A stretch of DNA of 64,000 nucleotides, from assembly GCA_040954595.2 (NCBI GenBank), contig CM082576.2, forward strand, positions 19,143,028-19,207,027, read 5' to 3'. The notes below the pieces were generated by a model. The model did no database searches, was not told the origin of the DNA, and was given only the letters and a program-made list of their open reading frames with translations. This DNA comes from Balanoglossus misakiensis. Lineage: Eukaryota; Animalia; Hemichordata. The stretch's first letter is position 1; each line of letters starts with the position of its first letter. A program made the translations under genes and the position numbers. Of the stretch, positions 47,601-58,749 are shown piece by piece.

Positions 47601-50520
47601 TTTGGTGGGGTCAACCTTTGCGTCAACATAGACCAGAGCACACAGTAACCAGGCCGTAGTGGACAGTGTTCTGCCCATTAATTTTGAGTGTTTGGTGGGG
47701 TCAACCTTTGCGTCAACATTAACCAGAGCACACAGTAACCAGGCCATAGTGGACAGTGTGCTGCCCATTAATTTTGAGTGTTTGGTGGGGTCAACCTTTG
47801 CGTCAACATTAACCAGAGCACACAGTAACCAGGCCTTAGTGGACAGTGTTCTGCCCATTAATTTTGAGTGTTTGGTGGGGTCAACCTTTGCGTCAACATT
47901 AACCAGAGCACACAATAACCAGGCCGTAGTGGACAGTGTTCTGCCCATTAATTTTGAGTGTTTGGTGGTGTCAACCTTTGCGTCAACATTAACCAGAGCA
48001 CACAGTAACCAGGCCATAGTGGACAGTGTGCTGCCCATTAATTTTGAGTGTTTGGTGGGGTCAACCTTTGCGTCAACATTAACCAGAGCACACAGTAACC
48101 AGGCCATAGTGGACAGTGTTCTGCCCATTAATTTTGAGTGTTTGGTGGGGTCAACCTTTGCGTCAACATTAACCAGAGCACACAGTAACCAGTCCGTAGT
48201 GGACAGTGTGCTGCCCATTAATTTTGAGTGTTTGGTGGGGTCAACCTTTGCGTCAACATTAACTAGGCCAGAGTGGCCAGTATCGTGCCCATTAATTTTG
48301 AGTGTTTGGTGGGGGTCAACCTTTGCGTCAACATTAACTAGGCCAGAGTGGCCAGTATCGTGCCCATTAATTTTGAGTGTTTGGTGGGGGTCAACCTTTG
48401 CGTCAACATTAACTAGGCCAGAGTGGCCAGTATCCTGCCCATTAATTTTGAGTGTTTGGTGGGGTCAACCTTTGCATCAACATTAACCAGAGCACACAGT
48501 AACCAGGCCATAGTGGACAGTGTTCTGCCCATTAATTTTGAGTGTTTGGTGGGGTCAACCTTTGCGTCAACATTAACCAGAGCACACAGTAACCAGGCCA
48601 TAGTGGACAGTGTGCTGCCCATTAATTTTGAGTGTTTGGTGGGGTCAACCTTTGCGTCAACATAGACCAGAGCACACAGTAACCAGGCCGTAGTGGACAG
48701 TGTTCTGCCCATTAATTTTGAGTGTTTGGTGGGGTCAACCTTTGCGTCAACATTAACCAGAGCACACAGTAACCAGGCCATAGTGGACAGTGTGCTGCCC
48801 ATTAATTTTGAGTGTTTGGTGGGGTCAACCTTTGCGTCAACATTAACCAGAGCACACAGTAACCAGGCCATAGTGGACAGTGTTCTGCCCATTAATTTTG
48901 AGTGTTTGGTGGGGTCAACCTTTGCGTCAACATTAACCAGAGCACACAGTAACCAGGCCATAGTGGACAGTATGCTGCCCATTGATTTTGAGTGTTTGGT
49001 GGGGTCAACCTTTGCGTCAACATTAACCAGAGCACACAGTAACCAGGCCATAGTGGACAGTGTTCTGCCCAATAATTTTGAGTGTTTGGTGGTGTCAACC
49101 TTTGCGTCAACATTAACCAGAGCACACAGTAACCAGGCCATAGTGGACAGTGTGCTGCCCATTAATTTTGAGTGTTTGGTGGGGTCAACCTTTGCGTCAA
49201 CATTAACCAGAGCACACAGTAACCAGGCCATAGTGGACAGTGTTCTGCCCATTAATTTTGAGTGTTTGGTGGGGTCAACCTTTGCGTCAACATTAACCAG
49301 AGCACACAGTAACCAGGCCATAGTGGACAGTGTTCTGCCCATTAATTTTGAGTGTTTGGTGGGGTCAACCTTTGCGTCAACATTAACCAGAGCACACAGT
49401 AACCAGTCCGTAGTGGACAGTGTGCTGCCCATTAATTTTGAGTGTTTGGTGGGGTCAACCTTTGCGTCAACATTAACTAGGCCAGAGTGGCCAGTATCGT
49501 GCCCATTAATTTTGAGTGTTTGGTGGGGGTCAACCTTTGCGTCAACATTAACTAGGCCAGAGTGGCCAGTATCCTGCCCATTAATTTTGAGTGTTTGGTG
49601 GGGGTTAACCTTTGCGTCAACATTAACTAGGCCAGAGTGGCCAGTATCCTGCCCATTAATTTTGAGTGTTTGGTGGGGTCAACCTTTGCATCAACATTAA
49701 CCAGAGCACACAGTAACCAGGCCATAGTGGACAGTGTTCTGCCCATTAATTTTGAGTGTTTGGTGGGGTCAACCTTTGCATCAACATTAACCAGAGCACA
49801 CAGTAACCAGGCCGTAGTGGACAGTGTGCTGCCCATTAATTTTGAGTGTTTGGTGGGGTCAACCTTTGCGTCAACATTAACTAGGCCAGAGTGGCCAGTA
49901 TCGTGCCCATTAATTTTGAGTGTTTGGTGGGGGTCAACCTTTGCGTCAACATTAACTAGGCCAGAGTGGCCAGTATCCTGCCCATTAATTTTGAGTGTTT
50001 GGTGGAGTCAACCTTTGCATCAACATTAACCAGAGCACACAGTAACCAGGCCATAGTGGACAGTGTTCTGCCCATTAATTTTGAGTGTTTGGTGGGGTCA
50101 ACCTTTGCATCAACATTAACCAGAGCACACAGTAACCAGGCCGTAGTGGACAGTGTGCTGCCCATTAATTTTGAGTGTTTGGTGGGGTCAACCTTTGCGT
50201 CAACATTAACCAGAGCACACAGTAACCAGGCCATAGTGGACAGTATGCTGCCCATTGATTTTGAGTGTTTGGTGGGGTCAACCTTTGCGTCAACATTAAC
50301 TAGGCCAGAGTGGCCAGTATCGTGCCCATTAATTTTGAGTGTTTGGTGGGGACAACCTTTGCGTCTACATTAACTAGGCCAGAGTGGCCAGTATGCTGCC
50401 TATTAATTTTGAGTGTTTGGTGGGGTCAACCTTTGCGTCAACATTAAGCAGGCCAGACAGTAACCAGGCCAGAGTGGACAGTATCCTGCCTATTAATTTT
50501 GAGTGATTTGTGGGTCAATT
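44644..50520. repeat. 90-bp satellite, right part, degenerating toward 50520
   Basis: Same monomer; more 74/75-bp variants and point changes near the end. Confidence 0.98.
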
Positions 50521-50927
50521 TGATCAAATACTGCCTACCGCTGGCGCTGCATATTTGAAGAAATGTGAAAAGATGGCAAGACAGGTTTGGTAAATGTGGG
50601 CCCCCTAACTGAAGCAAAAGCACAAACTTAAAACAAAGATATGAATTTGGAAGAGTTTTATTTAATACATATGAAAAATAATGAAGACTTATGCTTCAAA
50701 GTAAGTATCGACGGAGTCGAACCGCCAATGCTGCAATGGCATTATACCCATAATACTTTTTTGCTTTTTGCATGAATTTCATTATTTTTCATATGCTGTG
50801 CAGCTAAAGTGTGGCTAGATGACTAACTGCTGATGTAAAATATCTTGCATACCAATTTGGAACAATTACCCCAAGTAGTGGTCAAACAGAAACAATGCTT
50901 GCATTCAATTTAAAACAAGGTGACAAA

Positions 50928-51034
50928 AGTGGTTGAAATGAAACAATAAGCAAAAACAGTGTTTATCAAACTGAAATAATGTGGTCGAAATGAAACAATG
51001 AGCAAAAACAGTGTTTATCAAACTGAAATAATGT
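50928..51034. repeat. ~52-bp tandem duplication
   Basis: gtggt(t/c)gaaatgaaacaat(a/g)agcaaaaacagtgtttatcaaactgaaataat x2. Confidence 0.85.
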
Positions 51035-51461
51035 GCCAAAATAGCTCCTGTTGATATTGCACAAAATTAACTGTTGCATTCTACCCTTGAGTTAATTTTT
51101 ATTTCCAGGCAATTATGTGCTTAATACTAAATATTATCTATGGGTACAAACCATCAGTTTCTTAAGTGCAAATCGCAAGAAGCTCCCCCATACAATTTTA
51201 GTGTTTTTTTAAATCAAGCAAGATAATTACATACTGTGTGATAAACTAACTAACTTTACGCGCCTGGGGACAGTTAAAAACCTCGAGCCAAATATAAAAT
51301 GAGGAAAAACTGCCCCCTCCCCCGTTGTGAATTTTAAAAGGTTGGGGCTCAAACTAACCAGAATTGTCTTGCCGACTCCTATTTTTCTGTGTACATTTTG
51401 ATGTATTGTTGTTACGCGAGATTGAGGATTCGTGTTGATGCGGGAATTACGATGACGAAAG

Positions 51462-51660
51462 CAAAAAATCCATCGGCGAATCAAACGGGCACACGGCGAA
51501 ATTCCATTACACGACGATCCAACTGCGATGAAGAACGCGAACGCGGGTAACGTTGTAAAAAATCCATCGGCGAATCAAACGGGCACACGGCGAAATTCCA
51601 TTACATGACGAGCGACCTGCAATGAAGAACGCGAACGCGGGTAACGCTGCAAAAAATCCG
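51462..51660. repeat. ~94-bp tandem duplication, CpG-rich
   Basis: aaaaaatccatcggcgaatcaaacgggcacacggcgaaattccattaca..gaagaacgcgaacgcgggtaacg x2. Confidence 0.85.
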
Positions 51661-52081
51661 CAGACAATTATTACACGAATGCATAGCAACAATTATTTTA
51701 CCCAACCTGACACTAATAAATTACCCAATGATTTTAAATTTCTTATTATTACACCCCAACTAATCATTATACCTTTGTAATATTAACACCGTTTATACAC
51801 ATCCCATAATGTTTATACCATCAAGTTAATACCATTTTATTATTATTATACCACCAAAACCATGTGTTACCCATTTTTTTTATTATTACACCATTGATGT
51901 TAACACCTTTATATATTATACCGGTATTTACCCTCTGTACATGTACAGTTTTTATTTACCACGTGGCATTACTCATGTTTTTATAGTATTTTAATTACTT
52001 ATCATACCCTTGAAACCATAATATTATACCCTTGCAGACAGTTTTATTATAGTACCCTTGTGCACAATGTCTTATTAGTCA

Positions 52082-52320
52082 TCATACACCAACCCTTCAC
52101 CATTTCATTAGATTATACCATTTTTATTAGCCTAACCTGTTTATACACCAACCCTTCACCATTTCATTAGATTATACCATTTTTATTAGCCTAACCTGTT
52201 TATACACCAACCCTTCACCATTCCGTTAGATTATACCATTTTTTATTACCCTAACATATTCATACACCAACCCTTTACCATTCCCTCAGATTAAACCATT
52301 TTTATTAGCCTAACCTATTG
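52082..52320. repeat. 59-bp minisatellite x4
   Basis: atacaccaacccttcaccatttcattagattataccatttttattagcctaacctgttt. Confidence 0.9.
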
Positions 52321-52499
52321 ACAGCATCCCTCTGGTTTTGATATTGTTATCTGGTGCGGCGTTGTTGTAGATATTGATTAGACTCCCTCCGGCGATGATA
52401 ATACCAATGAACCTATTGAAAAAAAAGAGTGAATATTATTAATTAGATCAGATCAACAAATCATGGCGTCGTTCATCCCTCTGGTCACAGGAGCATCAT

Positions 52500-53230
52500 C
52501 TGGCGTCGTTACAGGTTTAAGTTCATCCCTCCAGTACAGTATAAGGTGGCGGCGTCGTTACAAGTATTAAGTTCATCTCTCCAGTACAGTATTAGGTGGC
52601 GGCGTCGTTACAAGTATTAACTTCATCTCTCCAGTACAGTATTAGGTGGCGGCGTCGTTACAAGTATTAACTTCATCTCTCCAGTACAGTATTAGGTGGC
52701 GGCGTCGTTACAAGTTTAAGTTCATCCCTCCAGTACAGTATTAGGTGGCGGCGTCGTTACAAGTATTAACTTCATCTCTCCAGTACAGTATTAGGTGGCG
52801 GCGTCGTTACAAGTATTAACTTCATCTCTCCAGTACAGTATTAGGTGGCGGCGTCGTTACAAGTATTAACTTCATCTCTCCAGTACAGTATTAGGTGGCG
52901 GCGTCGTTACAAGTATTAACTTCATCTCTCCAGTACAGTATTAGGTGGCGGCGTCGTTACAAGTATTAAGTTCATCTCTCCAGTACAGTATTAGGTGGCG
53001 GCGTCGTTACAAGTATTAACTTCATCACTCCAGTACAGTATTAGGTGGCGGCGTCGTTACAAGTATTAACTTCATCTCTCCAGTACAGTATTAGGTGGCG
53101 GCGTCGTTACAAGTATTAACTTCATCTCTCCAGTACAGTATTAGGTGGCGGCGTCGTTACAAGTTTAAGTTCATACCTCCAGTACAGTATTAGGTGGCGA
53201 CGTCGTTACAAATATTACACTCCCTCCAGC
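52500..53230. repeat. 50-bp minisatellite x~14
   Basis: ggtggcggcgtcgttacaagtattaacttcatctctccagtacagtatta. Confidence 0.95.
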
Positions 53231-53990
53231 AGCAGTGTTACCAAAGAACCTAATGTAAAAAAAGAATGAAATTATTTTAATAATCTGATTAGGTCAAGTC
53301 ATCATATTGATAAAGAAAACGACAAGAAGAAATCATTTAAAAATTAACGCTGCCAGCACCATTGGTTGGGCCCAAACGGTTCCCATTGTTACCAGGGTAT
53401 GCCAAGGCTGTATTCTGCTGTGAATACCAAGATATATGAAAGCTGGTCAAAGGTTGCCCCAGGGTCATTGAAAATCGCAAAAAATAGCGTCAAGGACACT
53501 GTGGTCTCATTTAGTGATTACACTAGAAAAAGTCTACACAGGAGTACAGACAGACAGACACACACATAGAGAGGCAATAAAATATGATGCCCCCCCCAGC
53601 CCCGAAAACATCTTGATCTTATGTATGCTGGCCTGGTACAATAGACAAACCAGCCAATTAATGAAAATTTTGTACAAATACAGAGCTCAAAGTTGCATTT
53701 TAGTGAGCCCAAAAGCAAATTAACTCAATGTTACGACAAATTTTACTTTTGCCACTCAAAGTTTGCATCGGTGGGGTGGGATGGCAAGTACTCTTCCCTG
53801 ATACAATAGACAAACCAGCCAATAAATGAAATGAGGTGAAGAATGAAGGTGAAGAATGAATAACTTTATTTGATTCCATTATCTAAACAAACACATCCAA
53901 TTAACTTCCTACTCAAATTTCAAAGTAATCAGTCATAGGTTTTGTAAATCATCATGAGAAATCACCCTGAAACCAAATCAAATCAAAAAT

Positions 53991-54288
53991 CATATAAGCC
54001 TAGTCGGGCTCTGCGCTCCAGCTCAAGGAACCAGTTGTGTGTACCAAAGTACAGACTCAAAACATATGGTGGATGTGCCTTTTCCCTTGTCGCGCCACAA
54101 CTTTGGAATTCTCTGCCATCTGACATTCAACAGGCTTCTAGTCTCAACATTTTCAAACAAAAACTCAAGACATTTCTATTTGTCAAAGCCTACGAACACT
54201 GATGTTATACTTTCAGCGCCTTTGGAAATAACATTGTTATTGATTCTGGCGCTTTATAAATGTTTGTTTTGATTTGATTTGATTTGAT
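53991..54288 (+). mobile_element. L2-clade LINE 3' fragment
   Basis: YKPSRALRSS..LCVPK..TYGGCAFS..APQLWNSLP..FKQKLKTFLF; 3' stem-loop cagcgcc..ggcgct and (TTTGA)n tail. Confidence 0.88.
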
Positions 54289-54722
54289 CCCCCAAAAATA
54301 TACTATTCAATTCATCAAGTTGATTTGAAAAACATACATGCAAATCTTACTTGAGCTACCCCTAACATGACTAACAAATTTTAAAGCAATGGAACAAGCG
54401 GTTTTAGAGAAAAAAAATTAATTAAACAAGGCTGAAATTGCTCCAAAATTATCAATATGCAAATTTTGCAACATTTCAACAAAAGTATTGTAACTCATAT
54501 CACCTACATGAAGCTTCATACTAAATTTTTTTACCACAAATGAGGAAAAAGGCAAAAAATGCATAAAATAGAACATTCAAACTATTAGTTAAAAAAATAC
54601 AGGATTGTATGTGGTTGACATAAGGTACTTGCATACCAATTGTCAAATCAATCTGTAAATTATCATGAGAACAAACCCTGAAACCTTCAAATCAAATTTC
54701 AAAGCAGTGGGGGTAAAGGGGG

Positions 54723-55339
54723 CACAGTACGATATTTTACCCACAACTCTCCATGATTTGTATCATCGAGATTGTCCATTTAATTACTTTCTGTTTTAGA
54801 TACTAACAATGATATGAAGTACATATAACTGTATTAAGATTTATCTAGAAAAAGTATGTTGAGGAATTAGAGTGAAAATTTCAAAATCAAGATTTAAAAG
54901 CCATAGAAATCAAAGTATTCATTCATGTACGTCAAATGTCACACTTAGGAGGAAAGAAGCAATGACTAACTGAGGTGGCCAGTCTCTGTTGAAAGTTAAC
55001 ATGTAAATTTCCATTGTTCTGTCTATAGAAAAAAATCAATATCGTTTTGTTTGATTAAACAAGTGTTTCAAGTGTCCCTGTTTTACTTCAAACTTTTTTG
55101 TATCGGCTGGCTATGCAATTGCTTATTTTATAAAATTTGTATCTCCTCTTTCAATAATGCATGATTTTGTTTATCATTTGAAATGGTAATTGACAATAAG
55201 ATTCGCCTTTAAAGCATGCTCTCAAAATTTGTATTAGTGGTCTACAATTTTCTCTACACATGTGAACTTTGCCTGGTTTGACCGAGTAATCTCTGGTTGT
55301 ACAAACCAGAGTGATTCATGGGATATTTCACGTACTGTG
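54723..55339. mobile_element. Transib/RAG-like MITE
   Basis: Termini CACAGTACG...CGTACTGTG; 5-bp flanks GGGGG (54718-22, 55340-44); removal restores the host repeat. Confidence 0.7.
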
Positions 55340-56119
55340 GGGGGTTCTGAGAAGAGTTTTGACCAAAAATGGCAAAAATCATCCCAAAAATATACTATTC
55401 AATTCATCAAGTTGATTTGAAAAACATACATGCAAATCTTACTTGGGCTACCCCTAATATGACTAACAAATTTCAAAGCAATGTAACAACCGGTTTAAAA
55501 AAAAAATTCAAAAACGGCCGAAATTGCTCCAAAATTATGAATATGCAAATTTTGCAACATTTTAACAAAAGTATGCTAACTCATATCACCTATATGAAGC
55601 TTCATACTAAATTTCAAAGAAGTCGTCTCATCAATTTTAGAAAAGTAGATGTTTTACCAAAAATGAGGAAAAAGGCAAAAAATGCATAAAAATAGAACAT
55701 TCAAACTATTCAAAATACAGGACTGTATGTGGTTGACATAAGGTACTTGCATACCAATTGTCAAATCAATCTGACCAGTGGTTTTGACCAATTTCAAATT
55801 TTCCCAGCTAATTTGCATTTATTTAACAATTTCAACTGAATATGGCTGCCAGGTCAAATGACTGATTTGAATTTCAAGGTGCACACTCATTGGCAAGGAC
55901 AACTGTGACAAATTCAAGAAGCATAGGTGTGGCAGGTTTTCAGAGCAAGGTGTAAAAAATATCCAGGGAATGGGGCCCAAGCTCCTAAAAACCCAGCACA
56001 ATACCAATAGGGACTCATATTACTAACAAAGTGTAAGCCTGTAATAAGTCAAAAGCTGCACATCTTTTTACCACCTCGTGCCAGTACTAAGCAATAAGAC
56101 TTTTTATAGAGTTGTTTAA

Positions 56120-56852
56120 GGTGGCACTGCATGAAACCGTCGAGACTTTTTCAGAGGCCTATTTCTCATCAAAGACAAAGTTTAAACCCCCATAAACCAT
56201 ATATATTCTGGAAGCTGAGATTTTGAACTTTTGTTTGAGTTGCAAATATTATTGATCCCCGGAAATGGTGGCGATTTTGGGCGAAAAAACCCATTTTTTG
56301 ATATTATGTCATGAAATTTAAAATAGGTAAAAAAGTTGACCATGCATCATGCATCTTAATATGTCATTCGAAACTAAAGTACACGTGCAAAAAAACGCTA
56401 ATTTTGTTTTGCGTTATCTGCTTCCATTGAGGAGTAACAGCGTTTGAAAGTTAGATTTTCTGAAAATTTGATCAAATTCACGGTGAGTTGTATTGAATCA
56501 GAGTTTATTCCCGCCAGGGACACTTTATCGACATACAAAACTAGCGTTTTGTTGGATGGGTCATACACAATTCCCTGTCAAAATTTGAGCAAATTCGGCC
56601 AATGCAGGGCGAAGCTATTTTAGTCCGAAGTTGTCAAAAGCAGCGAAAATGCAAACCGAGAAAAACGGCCATTTGCATTGTTGACACCTATTTGTTAAGC
56701 TGTGAACTCATTCAGAAAAGTGCTATTTGGGGGTGATTGTGCACCATTTCCGCCAAGACGTATTAGTCAGGATGTGGGTGAGTATTAGGCCTACCGATTT
56801 ATGTAAAAAAGTAAAATTTGGCAAAAATCACAACTTTTCATGCAATGCCACC
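56120..56852. mobile_element. Kolobok-type MITE
   Basis: TTAA-GGTGGCACTGCATGAAA...TTTCATGCAATGCCACC-TTAA. Confidence 0.85.
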
Positions 56853-58547
56853 TTAATTGTCTCTGCTGATGCCAGAGATTGAAAAAGAATCCTACAAGTT
56901 AGGATTTTCAGAAACAATGATAGCTATTTCTATTACTGTTTGTAAACAAAAATGTGATGTTCACCGCCTTGTTTTCAGAAAAGTATTTACATAAATGTTT
57001 TTCCATAGAGTTAACACAGACATTGGCAGCCATCTTGAATTTCAAAAACTGCAACAATATCTCCAATGCAACAAATCTGCAAATTGTACTATTTGACACC
57101 TGACTTAGGTCAAGGGGTTTCAGAGATGATGACTACTCTTCAGACTCAGACAAAATAATAATGCAATATTCAGCGGAATTTCAAAAGCATTGACTAAGAT
57201 CACCAAGGGACAATTCATACCAAAGATCAAAACAATTAGACGTACCTATTTTAAAGATCATTATGAAAACTTTACAGATTCGGTTATAATGTAAATAAAA
57301 GTAGATCACCCCTGTGGACATGGCAATCAGACATGCATATTCTGACAAGATTTTTTGTTTGTACAAAAAGGCAACTGTCTCCAAAATACAAAATTACAGA
57401 TTATGTCATATACCTCAGGGAGATCAATACTAAATTTCAGAGAAAATTTCCCCCCAAATATGCAAATTTCACCATATTTTGAAGAAACAACTTGTGTCAT
57501 ACCTAGAAACCTGCATAGTCAAAGTAATCTACGAGCTTAGCTTTTTTCTTCCAAAAACAGCAAAAAACTTGTTCCAAACTACAAATATGCAGAATTCAAC
57601 ACAATTTGAACACACATTACTTCGCCACCCCAAGAAACCTGCACACCAATTTTAAAAGCACTTGCGCCAGTGATTTCAGAAAAGAAAAATGTTGACAGAC
57701 ATAGGATGACTGAACATCTATCTACCTGTCAGATAACTTTTGCAGTGCTGAGAGCAGAGCTAGAGATTGGTGTTGTCTTTTTACATTTTAAATCATCACA
57801 CTTTGCTACTCAAAGCTACTATTCTGCTATGCTTGAGAAATGACTTGGGACCATTTTTGGCAAACAATAGTCACTAATCTTCCTCAGTTTATAGTACAAT
57901 GTACCTACACTGTTTTAGTAATGTACTGAAAATGTTCAGACTATTTCTTGTGTCTGCATATGTCTTTAGTACAGAAGAATAATCTATCCGGTTGTCATTT
58001 CTCTGTTTATTCAGAAATAAACTAGTCTGGGTTGCAACAGTAAAAATTTTAAAATATTCATACCCTTTCTGAAGGATGTTCAAAACCAATACCTATGTGA
58101 AGCATTATATCAAATTTGCTGGGTAACTGTGGATTTATAACTTTTGCTAATTACAGTGCTAACTCACACTGGATGATTCGACGGTAATTTTAGATTCATA
58201 TGAAGATTTTTTACCAATAATGTTGAAAAATACAAACAAATGCATCAAAAATAGAAAATCAAAATTAGCTCAAAACATACAGGACTGTATGAGGTAGGCA
58301 TAAGGTACTTGCATACCAATTTCCAAATCAATCTGACCAGCAGTTGTTGAATTTTGCGAGTTTTGACCAATTTCACATTTTCCAGCTAATTTGCATATAT
58401 TTGGTAATGACATTTTCATGTTAACAAACTCCAATCTACAGCCCAGCCTGCATCTGCACACCAAATATCGAGGTGATATGCACAACGGTTTTCAAGTTTT
58501 AGATGTGGACGGACATACAGACATACATCCATACAAACAGACAGACA

Positions 58548-58749
58548 TACTGTAGAACACTTTATTTTCGCGAGCAATTAATTTTCGCCAAATACGCGAG
58601 AGCCAAAATAACGTGAAAATAAAAAGTCGCGTAAATTGTTTTTGAAGATAACGATGCAGTGAATGAAATAAGAGAACGCGAAAATTAATACTCGCGAAAC
58701 AGTGGCCTCTCTCGATATCGCGAAAAATTTAACTCGCGAAAATACAGTA
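58548..58749. mobile_element. TA MITE family A, inserted in a HINE microsatellite
   Basis: TA-CTGTAGAACACTTTATTTTCGCG...AATACAG-TA; inverted homolog of 32829-33038. Confidence 0.85.

Noticed and set aside
37615-50373. Long ORFs on both strands (up to 657 aa, 30-aa repeat)
   Set aside because: A 90-bp unit lacking stops in one frame per strand gives these by chance; broken by 74-bp variants, indels and stops; no splice link to the gene
50700-50760. GGTTCGACTCC B-box-like motif on the minus strand
   Set aside because: No A box, cloverleaf or SINE tail visible
52500-53230. Regular 50-bp repeats as a CRISPR array or coding repeat
   Set aside because: No variable spacers; period not a multiple of 3
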